IMG/VR virus record: IMGVR_UViG_3300032286_000710
Span: 32,001-96,000 of that record
From: a virus
Reading direction: 5' to 3' (one strand)
DNA length: 64,000 bases
The position numbers were made by a program, and so were the translations under genes. How positions within the stretch are numbered: position 1 is the first letter of the stretch; every line of letters begins with the position of its first letter. Below are positions 38,627 to 49,626 of the stretch, piece after piece. The notes beneath the pieces are model-generated. The model was not told the DNA's origin and searched no databases. It was given only the letters and a program-made list of their open reading frames with translations.

Positions 38627-38650
38627 GGGGCGGGAAACCGCCCCTTTTTT
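38627..38650 (+). terminator. Rho-independent terminator at the convergence of the two gene blocks
   Basis: GGGGCGG-GAAA-CCGCCCC stem with GNRA loop followed by T6. Confidence 0.9.
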
Positions 38651-39378
38651 CATATATATTCTACTGTGAAATATAAACCGTAGTTGGTCTTGCTACCAAT
38701 GCTCTGAGGTTCAGAACTAAGAGCAACATACCAATCGTGTCTCGTTGCAGTTAAAGATATTCCACTGTTGGAAGCATATCCAAGTGTCGTATCTGTATCT
38801 GTGGTATCTGTATTTAAACCACTCATACCGGGAGAGTTTGTTAATGGTAAATCTAGTTGAATTAGAGTAGGATCAAATTCAGTCCATCTAAATCCAGCAC
38901 TTGCTGTGGTATCTTTATTTGCCCTAAAACCTAAACTAGTCATAGTCTGAGAATTAGATGGATGTCTAGCCTCATAAACATAAGTTGAAACCCCACTTGC
39001 TGGTTTTGAAATGTCATTTCTATCAAATATACGAAGCTTGCAATTTTGAACTCTTACGGGAGTAGAGTGTGTGAATCTAAGATTTAGTGGGCATAAATAA
39101 TTGGGTAATTTATCTAAATCTATTGGTGTGCTACCATTTATGGCTACTGTTCCTTTTGCAAGAATAGTACCACTAGTATTCATAGCAGTATTGTTAAGCT
39201 GAACACCTTGAGATGTTCCATTAGCGTCTGTAACGTATGTTGATCGTTGCTGTGAGCCTACTGGTACAGAAACTCCGAATGCAGAACCATAGAAACCCAA
39301 TCCCGATCCGAGAGTGTGTTCTATTAGGGTGGCATTTGTATCACCCAAAACATTAGCATAGAATTTGATTTCAGCCAT
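38650..39378 (-). CDS. Virion structural protein (hypothetical)
   Basis: Ser/Thr/Gly-rich, beta-rich; AGGGAG Shine-Dalgarno; structural gene block. Confidence 0.6.
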   Translation of the reverse strand: MAEIKFYANVLGDTNATLIEHTLGSGLGFYGSAFGVSVPVGSQQRSTYVTDANGTSQGVQLNNTAMNTSGTILAKGTVAINGSTPIDLDKLPNYLCPLNLRFTHSTPVRVQNCKLRIFDRNDISKPASGVSTYVYEARHPSNSQTMTSLGFRANKDTTASAGFRWTEFDPTLIQLDLPLTNSPGMSGLNTDTTDTDTTLGYASNSGISLTATRHDWYVALSSEPQSIGSKTNYGLYFTVEYI

Positions 39379-39424
39379 AAAAATCTCCCTGTATTTGTGG
39401 GTTATACTGTATTATACACTTTTA

Positions 39425-42400
39425 TTAGTTTGCACTTATATCTAGATTTACGTAATTTGATAGCGATAAATTGCTCACATAATCTGGTCCAGTTAGGGTG
39501 TGAAGAATATCATTCACAAAGAAGAAAAATACATCGTACTTTCCTGTTGAGTTCTTATTAAGAGTAATTGTAGTATTTTTAGCACTATGAACATATCCAC
39601 CTTCATCTCCAGCACCTTTATTACTAGATGGTGTTAAAATATGCATTCCATAATATTCTAACTTATCTTCTTTGATAGTTTGGTAAATCTTGCCTGTTGT
39701 TATTTTTACGCTACCACCAGTTCCAAAACTCTGCACATCGCCCTTATTTGGGGTTCCAAAAAGAGGATCATTAAAAGTGGATTCCGTATATTCTCCATAG
39801 GAAATAATTTCGTAATCACTAATATTTCTTGATAGTGGCCCATCCTTTTTTAATTTCAAAATTGCTGGGGTTTTGCCACCACCAAAAGTGAATGTATTTC
39901 CAGCAATATAGCCTTCTCCAACTTCTATAACTTCAAAAGAAGCAGGATTTATACCTATTGTTTTTTTGAGATATCTAAAACCATCTCCTCCCGTCAATAA
40001 CATTCCCCTTCTGCAAGTATTATTTTCCATAGTAATATTAGTATTTTTACTAATTATTGATCCAACGCCAAGTGAAGGTTCTTTAAAATCAACAGTATCA
40101 TTATTTGGATTTAATTGTATTGGTGAAAAATATCTAGCGTCAAACACTGTGTTTGGACAATGATCATATACTTTACAAAATAAAGCAGTTGTTCCTAAAG
40201 ATTTTGGATCACCCTCTTCATTAGCACCCCACTGTTTTACAGAACTATCTCGACTTTTACCAGAGAGATCTAAAATAAATGAAACAAATGGAGCAACACT
40301 AAATTCGGAATTAGCCACACTAGTTAAAGTATATGCTTTTAATCCAAAGTAAGAACTAGTATCGAATGATAATATGCCACCATTAGCTAAGTTAAAAGTA
40401 GCTTTAGCACCAATGATTCCAGCTATATTAGACTTTTCAAGCGCACCGTTCGCTGGAGGAATTAAATTTGGACCACCTCTTGGTTCATTAAATGGGGGTT
40501 TTTCTATGTTCCCATTTGTTACATTTATTAATTTATCGCTAGACAGACCAATTCTACTATATACATTACTTCCAAGATCTTTTCTTTCAGATAATTTATT
40601 CCTCTTCCAAAAAGCAGAAAGCAATTTATCACTCGTATAATCTTTAATTCCAAAAACACTTTCAAATATAGTCTCTAGTTCTGCTTTTAGAGAACCATAC
40701 CCATTTTGAAAATATAGTATACCATCCTTGGGGAGCTTTAAATCAGATAGAGCTAACTCCAATGGAAGTGGAGAAAACTGAACAGCTGTTGAACTCGCTG
40801 GTTTAAGAGCATAAATATCCATATTTTCTGGATTTCTTAAATAACTGCCGCCAGCTTTGTAATTACTAATAGTATTAGATAAAGATGCAACAAAGTTAGA
40901 ACCAACTTGACTATGAAATGTCCAAATATTGTTAAAATCAATAGTTGGATTTCCAGAAGAATTAAATGCAATCTGGGCTGGCATATGGTATAAGTTACTA
41001 TCATGTATATCAAACATTGGTTGTGGTAAATCTCCAGCCATCAAGGTAAGATCACCTCCAGTATAAACTGTGCCATAGCTAGTTATAGATCTACCATCAT
41101 TAGACTTAAATTTTGCAACGCTAGAGCGAGTATAACCCTCCCTAAAAAATAAACCCCAGTTAAAAGGCGTACTAGAATAGTAAGGTAAACTAGAATCTAA
41201 ATCGTCGGCAGGTGTTTTGCTGATATTTGTTCTGAATAAATAATCTCTTTCAGAATTGCCACCTAAAGTTTTTCGTATCAAGTCTGCATCAAAAGATATT
41301 AAATATCCAGTGCTGGGAACAAGATTTTTCATATTAATATTTTCATACTTATTTATATCATAATTAGCTAAGTTAATATTACCTTGTTGATCCATAATGC
41401 CGCTGTCAAGACCAAATATATTTATTTTAGCATTATCTGAAGCATTTTTAGTAGTAGCAGAACTTAATCCATGATAGAATTTTGTTCTTAAATAATTTTC
41501 ATAATCTTGATGTGTAATGTATCTAGAGTTTGTCATATCTCTAAAAAATGAATTAGCATTAACAATATATTTTTGAATTTGTGACCACTCTACTTCTAGT
41601 TTTTTAGATGCTGTGGTTGGTATACCAAAACCCATAGGAATCCACTCACCATTGATGAGACTTGCTAGTACTATTTCTCCCTTCACATAATTTCTGGGGG
41701 TTCTATTTACCATCAATACCTTTTCTTTTGGAGATGAAGCACATCCTACAGTATTTGGACCAAACAAATAAGGGTTCCCATTCTCCACACTCATAGCCAT
41801 ACCACTTCCGGTTGTGAAAGTAGATGCTAATCCACCAGAATAAAAATCATTTATATCTCTTTCATCAAAATCGTCTGGTATATCTGCTATTGGAACCCCG
41901 TCTAAATCTGTGAGTAATCTAAATAGCATTTGTTGGGTTCCAGATTCCCACTGTCCAGTAGATGAATCATAACTCATCCTCATTTTTCCTGCTACTGTAT
42001 TTTGAGGATTGTTATTGCCGCCGGGTAATACTGGAGAATATTGTCCCGGCCCAGTACTCTGCGTAGGTGCATAAGCCCATTTTCCCTGAGTAGCCCTTAC
42101 TGGAGGTCCAGCCCAAACGTTTGATGTTTGCTGTGCAACTCCTCTATCTGCTGTTGCTCTACCGGCTGATTGAAAATATATTTTAACTAAACCACTTTGA
42201 GAACATGTCAAGGCAGTATAATTAGCTGTAAATGTTATACAACCAGAAAAGCTTGTTTGTATATTAGTCCAAACGTGACTTAGTTTATATTTTGTAGCAT
42301 CGTCTGTTATGAACCCTTTTTGCCATAAATCAAAGTCCTCTTGAAACTTTTTTAAGCCAGTAATATTTCCACTAGGAGTGTACCATAAATTATCTTCGTC

Positions 42401-42688
42401 AGCCCCAGCAGAAGTTCTTAATACATATCTTTTGTTATCTTTATCAAACTTTAAAATAGATAAAGTCGCACTATCTCCAAGAAGCTGACCGGTTGGTATT
42501 GATCCGCCAAAGTATTCAAGCACATCTTTATTTGTACTTTCAACCCCATTCTTTTTTTCTTTTCCAAATCTTGCTAAAGAATTTCTAGTATATGAAGCTA
42601 GTCCTATATTCTGAAGAGTTTTTTCTTCAGCTATATAAGAATGATAACTTACAGCAACTGGTAGTCCCGGTCTTCCAAATTGTCCCAT
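39425..42688 (-). CDS. Large virion structural (tail/baseplate) protein
   Basis: 1087 aa, structural block, GEGYIAG motif. Confidence 0.6.
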   Translation of the reverse strand: MGQFGRPGLPVAVSYHSYIAEEKTLQNIGLASYTRNSLARFGKEKKNGVESTNKDVLEYFGGSIPTGQLLGDSATLSILKFDKDNKRYVLRTSAGADEDNLWYTPSGNITGLKKFQEDFDLWQKGFITDDATKYKLSHVWTNIQTSFSGCITFTANYTALTCSQSGLVKIYFQSAGRATADRGVAQQTSNVWAGPPVRATQGKWAYAPTQSTGPGQYSPVLPGGNNNPQNTVAGKMRMSYDSSTGQWESGTQQMLFRLLTDLDGVPIADIPDDFDERDINDFYSGGLASTFTTGSGMAMSVENGNPYLFGPNTVGCASSPKEKVLMVNRTPRNYVKGEIVLASLINGEWIPMGFGIPTTASKKLEVEWSQIQKYIVNANSFFRDMTNSRYITHQDYENYLRTKFYHGLSSATTKNASDNAKINIFGLDSGIMDQQGNINLANYDINKYENINMKNLVPSTGYLISFDADLIRKTLGGNSERDYLFRTNISKTPADDLDSSLPYYSSTPFNWGLFFREGYTRSSVAKFKSNDGRSITSYGTVYTGGDLTLMAGDLPQPMFDIHDSNLYHMPAQIAFNSSGNPTIDFNNIWTFHSQVGSNFVASLSNTISNYKAGGSYLRNPENMDIYALKPASSTAVQFSPLPLELALSDLKLPKDGILYFQNGYGSLKAELETIFESVFGIKDYTSDKLLSAFWKRNKLSERKDLGSNVYSRIGLSSDKLINVTNGNIEKPPFNEPRGGPNLIPPANGALEKSNIAGIIGAKATFNLANGGILSFDTSSYFGLKAYTLTSVANSEFSVAPFVSFILDLSGKSRDSSVKQWGANEEGDPKSLGTTALFCKVYDHCPNTVFDARYFSPIQLNPNNDTVDFKEPSLGVGSIISKNTNITMENNTCRRGMLLTGGDGFRYLKKTIGINPASFEVIEVGEGYIAGNTFTFGGGKTPAILKLKKDGPLSRNISDYEIISYGEYTESTFNDPLFGTPNKGDVQSFGTGGSVKITTGKIYQTIKEDKLEYYGMHILTPSSNKGAGDEGGYVHSAKNTTITLNKNSTGKYDVFFFFVNDILHTLTGPDYVSNLSLSNYVNLDISAN

Positions 42689-42701
42689 AATTTGTTCCTA
42701 T

Positions 42702-45700
42702 TTATGTTGGTAGTGTTATATCATCATCATTAATGGTAGTTTCGCCGGTTTCATACAACCTATTATTAGCTCTATAATCTGTATATCTAATGTTGGGCAT
42801 ATTCGGGTGGTCAGGTTCATTAGAAAATGGAATAAACATTTCATCAAAAGCAACAGATCCCGCATTATATTCTGCTGTTTGTCTTTGATTGTCACTATCA
42901 AATTTATTTGCCGTGTCGAATATATCTTGTTGATTTTGCATAGAGGCGGCATAAATATTATCTAATCCATTGACATTACCCAAAGTGGGGCTATAAGATT
43001 GAGATTCATATCTTGCAACAGATGCTACTATATGATTCATTGCTCTTGGGGCGGTGGGAACTGTTCCATTATTTCCAAACAAATTAACAGATCCGACTAT
43101 ATTAATACTAGTTTGACCCTTACCTATACCCTTTCTAATAAGGGCATTTCTTTCATCTCTTAGTCTTTGTCTCTCTCTGCTAATTTTAGAAATCATATCC
43201 TGTTTCTGCTTTTGCAACTTCCCAAAACTAGCTGTATATAAATCCATTTTATATGTTGTCTTTATTCCGCCCTCTGATACATCTACACTCACATTTGTAA
43301 CAAGTGGACCACCAGATAGTAACACTTGACACAAAGAGGCTGTTGGTATACCGGGATAAGTAAATCCGCCACGTTCTGAGAATAATAGTAGACTATTTGC
43401 AAACTGGGCTTGTAACATTCCAGCACTGTGCATTAGTTCATAACCAGCATAATTCCAAGGAGATAAATTTTCATCTTTGATAAACTCTACTCTACCGCCA
43501 ATGTTTACATATGCTGAACCTTGAGGATCAACCTGAGAAGATACCCAAGGTCCATAACATCTTTCGTTAGATATCATTGGTATAACTACTAAGTCTGGAT
43601 AAACTGGTGATGGTGCATTATTTTGTATTTGTTGAGGAAATCCAAACTGTAAAGATGATTTTGCTTTTTTAGCAGCTAACCAAGCAACACTTCGGGCTTC
43701 GGCAGAATAAGTAGAGCAAGTAGAATCACCAGCTAAAATATTTGTTTCAGAAGCTGCTTTTGCAAATGCTGGTTCTGCAAATTCTGGCAAACCCTTAACA
43801 ACGTCTACAGTGAGATAATGTTTAATATCATATGTATTATCTTTTTGATTTGCAGAGTCTCTGTATCTAGCATCTTTCGTGGGAATTACTTTGCTTGGTA
43901 GTGTTATCAATGCATAAACATTGCTGGTATCTAAGTCTGCCATATCAGATTTAATAATATAACTTCTAAGTACAGGTTCATATTTTTTACCAAAAACTAA
44001 TCTATTAGCTGTTGGTCCAGCACTAGTGTTTGGATAATAATTTTTTTCTATATATCTAAAACTATCAACATTAACTCCAGTTCCCGGTACGAATTTTGGT
44101 GGATCAGTTACATATGTAATGCCAGAGCATGGAACAAAAATCTTTCTAGGTCTTGAAACTTTCTTTTTATAATCACCTTCTCCGACTTGCCCATAAGTTT
44201 GTATGCCGCTAGTTATCATCTTTGGCGGCATGTAAAACTTTTCATCAACACTGCATTTAACAAAGGCACACTGTTTGGGAGCGTGAGGATTATTATCTGG
44301 CCTATCTGCGTCTGCTTCATTAAAGCTTGTCCATTTATCTTCACCAACATTATCTAAAAATTCACATAAATCTGGAACCATTCCCTGTAGTGTAATTAAC
44401 TGCTGAGTAAAATCTTCCGAGTTCATAGACCCCAATGCTAAATGTTGACTGTTATCAAATCTAACATAAGCAGACATTCTACCATTTTCATCTAAAAAGT
44501 TGGTTAAATCTTGAGGTATCAAAGCTTGATTCACAGCTTTTGGTATAGCGTTATCTGGTAATCTTGATATTTGATCTATAGTTAAAGTATTAGCATATAA
44601 ATCAAATGGAAAATATCCCCCAAGATTTGTTGGGATATAATTAAATTCATACTTATCAGAAATAGGATTGTAATTTGTTCTTAAAGCTCCATTATATTTA
44701 GCCTGTTTATCATCTATGCCACTATTAAGAAAATACTTAATCATATTTTTACCACTATCTCTATCTCCGCGATATTGAGATAAAAATGTTGTAGAAAACT
44801 CATCACCTATACCAGATGTTGACGGTCTTGGTTTGAAACCAAATGGTCCGACCGCATATTCACCGGCAGTTGAGCCACCCTTCCAAGTGATTTGATTTTC
44901 ATGAAATAAGTTAACTTTATTTGGTATTTTAACCAAGAACTTTTTGCCTAAATTTTCATCAGCCACTTTTTTAAGAAATTCATAAACCTTAAGGGCATTT
45001 TCTGTTCCTTTTTTGGCTAATCTTGGAAGAATAGCACCTATAGAATGTAAGGCTTCTTCTGCCCTGTTTAATAAATCAATATCGGGCTGACTAGACATCA
45101 AAGCTCCACTAATAGCAGCATAGTAATTTTTTTCTGCTTGTGTCAAAGTGCCATATTCTTCAGCAATATATTCTAACTCTTTTAATTGATTATTTCTAAT
45201 TTCTTGATAGTTATCAGCGTTTGAATCACGCATTGTAGCAGCACCGGTAATCATGCCAGTAAGTCTAGATTGAAGCTTTGTTAAACCGCCCTCTGGTATT
45301 CCTAGCTTAGTCATGCGTTTATAATAAAGTGGGTATCCATATGGTGGATTACACGGGCTTTTAGGTAATTTATCTGTTCCAAACGGTGTGTCAGAATATG
45401 TTTCAAATACTGATCTTGGAACTGTGACGGCATAGTTATTAGATATATTGGTTGGTTCTGAAATACCCCCAAAAGATGCTGTTTGATTTAAAGCTGATCC
45501 TTCAATACTATCATCACCCTCTATGGATTCTAAATAAGTATCATTGTATTGTTGTAAGAAATTTTTCCAACAATCATAAGAAATTGATGCACACCTTAAT
45601 TCCATTTCGGTAGCAACATAATATGATCCAACACCATTTGCATTCAAGCCAGTTGTGTCTAATAATATTTGCTGATAAGCACCCCAACCCTTTGGAATAG

Positions 45701-47384
45701 TAATGGCATTCTGCCCAAGTGTTCCGTAGTATGGTAGTACTTGTTGTTCTAATTGTTTTTCTAATGTCCATTGTTTCCAATCCGCATCATCAGATTCACC
45801 GCCACTACGTCTATTTCTGGCATTTATAAAATCTCTATCAGCATTAGCTGAAAAACAATACATATCTACTTCTTGTGCGCCAACAACAAACTTATCAGTT
45901 GTCACATTAGAAAGCTCGTAACCAACATCTTGATTTTCTACTAATATTCCAGAAGATGCTAAACTATCTATATAGGTTTTTATAGCCCCATAAACTGGAG
46001 CATGTGATCTATCTATACTATCTAATCTAATAATTCCAGCAATAAGCTTTCTAGGGTCTGCACTTTGGTTATTGTATAAAAATTGACAAGCGGGATGATT
46101 GATAACAGGTAGCAAAGATACAAATAAGTCTCTGCTTGTCACATCGCAAACTTCTAAAGCTAAATCTAACAAATTAATCTGATCAAAATCTAAGAAATAC
46201 ATAGGTGGCAAGTTTGGCAATCCGCTAAAATCTACAACGTAATTGTAACCTCTGAAATTGATAACCTTACCAAAGCCCATATTTTCATACTCTGCTGGAA
46301 GAGTATATTCTAAAGACATTAATGCCCCAAGTGCTTGTTTAATTCTATAAAATGGTATCCCCTGCGGACCTCTTCTTGAAAATCCAGTTCCAGTTACAGG
46401 AAATGAAGATTCTGTAGATCCAAACATTCCGCCAGTAGATGTAAACCAGCAATCTACTTGACTAGTAGCACTCATAGATCCGCTATAAGAAATGTACCCG
46501 TTGGTTGGATTAACATATTTAGTAAGAATATTGTAATTATGAAAATTACTTTGTAAAATACCAGACAGTGCTGGTGTCATATTATATTCTAAAAATCCAT
46601 GAATATTAAATACATTTTGGGTGTTAAATGTAGTACCGGCGTAATTATTTAGAACCAATACAACATTAGAAAGTATTTCTCTTGGATCTGTTACTTGTAT
46701 AGAGTATAGTGGATTTCCACCGGGACCACGGTTTTGCATATATGATTGTAATATACCGCCAAAAACAATATGATCTGCTCCGCGAGCTTGAGATATATAT
46801 GAAGAAAAATCATAAATTGTTTTATTTTCTAGATCTACATATTGATTTGGACTTAAAGATGTAAAATTATCTTTATCAAAACTGCCACCACCGCCAACAT
46901 TTCTAGTACCTATAGTATCAAAACCATAAGTTTGATCAAAAGTTTTTATATAAGCTTCTTCTACTGTGGCAAGATTAGGGCCAAACTTAAAATATACCGG
47001 TGTTCCAGCTATTGGTGGCACAAATCTATCACCATTACCACTATGATAAACATCATCACCCTGACCTTGAGCAGTTTTATCAGAATTATTGAACTCATCA
47101 TTAATTAGGTCTATAGACAAGCTAGAACTGCTATCACCAAATCCACCATTCATACTAAAATTACGAATAGAAGCTCCAAGAAAAGTTTGTTGTGGATATC
47201 CTCTATCATATGTATTTGGAGTAGTTGGATCTATTGTCCAACCGCCACCACCCAAACCTTGAGGTATTACGCTACCACTTTTAGCTGGCCAACTTGTACC
47301 GTAATAACCAGAAGCTGGAATAACACTATTGCCATCAATACCGGCTTGAACTGTTATTTGATTTGGTGTTCCGCTTGTTAACAT
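42702..47384 (-). CDS. Large tail/baseplate hub-like protein
   Basis: 1560 aa; FLGASIRNFSMNGGFG..SSLSIDL N-terminus and PLVTNVSVDVSEGGIKTTY C-terminus resemble hub/tail-tip proteins. Confidence 0.55.
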   Translation of the reverse strand: MLTSGTPNQITVQAGIDGNSVIPASGYYGTSWPAKSGSVIPQGLGGGGWTIDPTTPNTYDRGYPQQTFLGASIRNFSMNGGFGDSSSSLSIDLINDEFNNSDKTAQGQGDDVYHSGNGDRFVPPIAGTPVYFKFGPNLATVEEAYIKTFDQTYGFDTIGTRNVGGGGSFDKDNFTSLSPNQYVDLENKTIYDFSSYISQARGADHIVFGGILQSYMQNRGPGGNPLYSIQVTDPREILSNVVLVLNNYAGTTFNTQNVFNIHGFLEYNMTPALSGILQSNFHNYNILTKYVNPTNGYISYSGSMSATSQVDCWFTSTGGMFGSTESSFPVTGTGFSRRGPQGIPFYRIKQALGALMSLEYTLPAEYENMGFGKVINFRGYNYVVDFSGLPNLPPMYFLDFDQINLLDLALEVCDVTSRDLFVSLLPVINHPACQFLYNNQSADPRKLIAGIIRLDSIDRSHAPVYGAIKTYIDSLASSGILVENQDVGYELSNVTTDKFVVGAQEVDMYCFSANADRDFINARNRRSGGESDDADWKQWTLEKQLEQQVLPYYGTLGQNAITIPKGWGAYQQILLDTTGLNANGVGSYYVATEMELRCASISYDCWKNFLQQYNDTYLESIEGDDSIEGSALNQTASFGGISEPTNISNNYAVTVPRSVFETYSDTPFGTDKLPKSPCNPPYGYPLYYKRMTKLGIPEGGLTKLQSRLTGMITGAATMRDSNADNYQEIRNNQLKELEYIAEEYGTLTQAEKNYYAAISGALMSSQPDIDLLNRAEEALHSIGAILPRLAKKGTENALKVYEFLKKVADENLGKKFLVKIPNKVNLFHENQITWKGGSTAGEYAVGPFGFKPRPSTSGIGDEFSTTFLSQYRGDRDSGKNMIKYFLNSGIDDKQAKYNGALRTNYNPISDKYEFNYIPTNLGGYFPFDLYANTLTIDQISRLPDNAIPKAVNQALIPQDLTNFLDENGRMSAYVRFDNSQHLALGSMNSEDFTQQLITLQGMVPDLCEFLDNVGEDKWTSFNEADADRPDNNPHAPKQCAFVKCSVDEKFYMPPKMITSGIQTYGQVGEGDYKKKVSRPRKIFVPCSGITYVTDPPKFVPGTGVNVDSFRYIEKNYYPNTSAGPTANRLVFGKKYEPVLRSYIIKSDMADLDTSNVYALITLPSKVIPTKDARYRDSANQKDNTYDIKHYLTVDVVKGLPEFAEPAFAKAASETNILAGDSTCSTYSAEARSVAWLAAKKAKSSLQFGFPQQIQNNAPSPVYPDLVVIPMISNERCYGPWVSSQVDPQGSAYVNIGGRVEFIKDENLSPWNYAGYELMHSAGMLQAQFANSLLLFSERGGFTYPGIPTASLCQVLLSGGPLVTNVSVDVSEGGIKTTYKMDLYTASFGKLQKQKQDMISKISRERQRLRDERNALIRKGIGKGQTSINIVGSVNLFGNNGTVPTAPRAMNHIVASVARYESQSYSPTLGNVNGLDNIYAASMQNQQDIFDTANKFDSDNQRQTAEYNAGSVAFDEMFIPFSNEPDHPNMPNIRYTDYRANNRLYETGETTINDDDITLPT

Positions 47385-47389
47385 TATTA

Positions 47390-47806
47390 TTACCTAAATT
47401 GTCTACCATATATTTCAAATCTATTAGAAGCCAAAACGATACTTCTCATTACATTAATTCTTGTTCCTTGACCATCAGCTGGTGCAGAAAAATTACTAAT
47501 TCCAGCATTACCCAAAGCTCCAGCAATATTCCCAGCACCATTGTTGCTAACCGTAATATGATGTATATATGAATTATATGCAGTAAAATCTGTTATACCA
47601 CTAATAGCAGATAAATATCCATTTGAAATTCCAGCAGATGGAAAATTTAAATAATTTGGGGCTATAGAACTTCTATTGCTTTCTAGTGGCGAGTATGTTA
47701 AACCATTTGTCAATCCAATAATGCCACTAGACATTGGCCTCATTAGCTGAATAGAGTTATCAGCATAAGTTTCTTCAATGTTTGCTTGTTCTGATGTTGT
47801 TACCAT
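47390..47806 (-). CDS. Small structural protein (hypothetical)
   Basis: Coupled ORF in structural block. Confidence 0.55.
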   Translation of the reverse strand: MVTTSEQANIEETYADNSIQLMRPMSSGIIGLTNGLTYSPLESNRSSIAPNYLNFPSAGISNGYLSAISGITDFTAYNSYIHHITVSNNGAGNIAGALGNAGISNFSAPADGQGTRINVMRSIVLASNRFEIYGRQFR

Positions 47807-49626
47807 TATCTATTTAACTCATATGTCCAGTTTACAGTTAGTGAATATCTACCAGACTTAGCATCCCAACTCTCTTGAGGTGGACTAACAAAGTATTTTC
47901 TTATACCTTGCTCTTGTACAGGACTATAAGCATGAATTATTGAGTTGATCTGACTCTTAAATGGTTCATTTAAGCTTGGTTTAGATAAAACTCCAAACTG
48001 CCGTATCCCTTGTGTTCCAGCAACGCCAGATGAATAATACTTATCCATAACTAATTCTACATTTAGATTACGCTGATATTCTGTTCTTCCCCCTATATAT
48101 TGAAGAACTGGTCCAGTTTGTCTTCCAATAACTGGTATAACTGCAAATACATCGCCGGGGTAAGTATCACTATAAGTAATACTCTCAGATAAAGCTCCGC
48201 TAATTATATTTGTTGGGCGACTATCATATTCAACATTATATGTGATTTCACCCGTGAATTCATTACTTCCTAAAGCTATAGATAAAGGAATATGATTTAA
48301 GCCTTGATGAGTAAGAGATTGTGATCTTTTAAATAAATGGCAACTTGGTCCATACTGACCAGTATTACTAACTTGATGCCACTTATATAAAGCGTTTTGA
48401 TATTGAGTATTTACATTACCACCACCTAGATTTATGGGAGTTGTTGTGTTAGATCCCCCGTATAGTTTTCCACCAGCGGATTGACTAGACAATCCTTTAA
48501 TAGTTCCATCTATACTAACTTTGTATAGTCCAACGTCAGAACCTTTAGATAGCGACATTCTATAATCTTCATAAGCAGAACCACTAGACAATAACCAAAC
48601 ATCGGTTAAAGTAAATGTACCAGCAGTAACATCTATGGATTCTGTTCTTAGATGATTATATCCACCCCAAACTTCTTTGGCTATATTTAAATATCCACTA
48701 CCAAAATATGGGCCTAAAGTATATTCTGGAAATTGTTCATATCCAGTTGAGTTATCAGTAGATACATTATTAGTATCTTTCAAAACGCTTAGATATACAT
48801 AATTTTTAGCCTGCTCCCAAGCTTCTTTTCTTTTAGTAACAGTTCCAGTAGGATAATACATTGTTCTTCCGGTAGCACTTATATTCCTCGTTAATCTATA
48901 AGTTCTTATGGAAGTGATATCTCCATTATTGTAAGTAGTATCTGTTTTAGTTCCGCCCTTACCTTCTTCAACATCAATAGACCAGCTTTCACTATAATCA
49001 TCAATAAAACCGCTGGCGGCTAATGCTGAAGCTAATTCTACTCTATTTCCATTGTTATTTCTATATGGTTGACTATCTGTTCCCGTTGGAGTGTGCGTGG
49101 AGTTGACTAAACCATCAGAAATAATTTTATCACCTTGATCTAAGAGTACTTCTGCTCTTAAATTAATAGTATATTTACAAGTATTTACATATAGTCCTTC
49201 TTCAAAACTTATAGATTGCACCGTAGGGTAGAATCTCAACACTGGAGTTTCGGGACCAGAGCCATTATTTTCAAGATCATCATCTACTTTTACTGGTAGT
49301 AATTCAAAACGTTGTCCGTCTTTTTTAAAGACTTCTCTAATTAAATTTTGTTTATGTATTATAGAAGCCATGGCACTGCCAATACCTACTGATTCATGTG
49401 CTGGCCTGTTATAAGTTTTTGCCCAAGGGGCTGAAGGGTCGCTTATAGCAGCACCAGCACTATAAAAGGGAGATCCTTCGTCAGACAAGATAGTGCCATT
49501 AAGAGTTATATCATAATAACTGCCGAGCATACCGGTTTTATTTCTGATTGCATTCTGTGTAATAGAAATAAATGGAGTGGGTCTTAAAACTATATAAGTA
49601 CCCGGCTGATATTCAATAGATAGCAT
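47806..49626 (-). CDS. Virion structural (tail) protein
   Basis: 606 aa, beta-rich, downstream of tape measure block. Confidence 0.55.
   Translation of the reverse strand: MLSIEYQPGTYIVLRPTPFISITQNAIRNKTGMLGSYYDITLNGTILSDEGSPFYSAGAAISDPSAPWAKTYNRPAHESVGIGSAMASIIHKQNLIREVFKKDGQRFELLPVKVDDDLENNGSGPETPVLRFYPTVQSISFEEGLYVNTCKYTINLRAEVLLDQGDKIISDGLVNSTHTPTGTDSQPYRNNNGNRVELASALAASGFIDDYSESWSIDVEEGKGGTKTDTTYNNGDITSIRTYRLTRNISATGRTMYYPTGTVTKRKEAWEQAKNYVYLSVLKDTNNVSTDNSTGYEQFPEYTLGPYFGSGYLNIAKEVWGGYNHLRTESIDVTAGTFTLTDVWLLSSGSAYEDYRMSLSKGSDVGLYKVSIDGTIKGLSSQSAGGKLYGGSNTTTPINLGGGNVNTQYQNALYKWHQVSNTGQYGPSCHLFKRSQSLTHQGLNHIPLSIALGSNEFTGEITYNVEYDSRPTNIISGALSESITYSDTYPGDVFAVIPVIGRQTGPVLQYIGGRTEYQRNLNVELVMDKYYSSGVAGTQGIRQFGVLSKPSLNEPFKSQINSIIHAYSPVQEQGIRKYFVSPPQESWDAKSGRYSLTVNWTYELNR

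Noticed and set aside
39400-39420. GTGTATAAT on the - strand upstream of the 242-aa structural gene as a late promoter motif
   Set aside because: A plausible -10 but with no -35, and I could not find enough intergenic copies in this window to define a motif.
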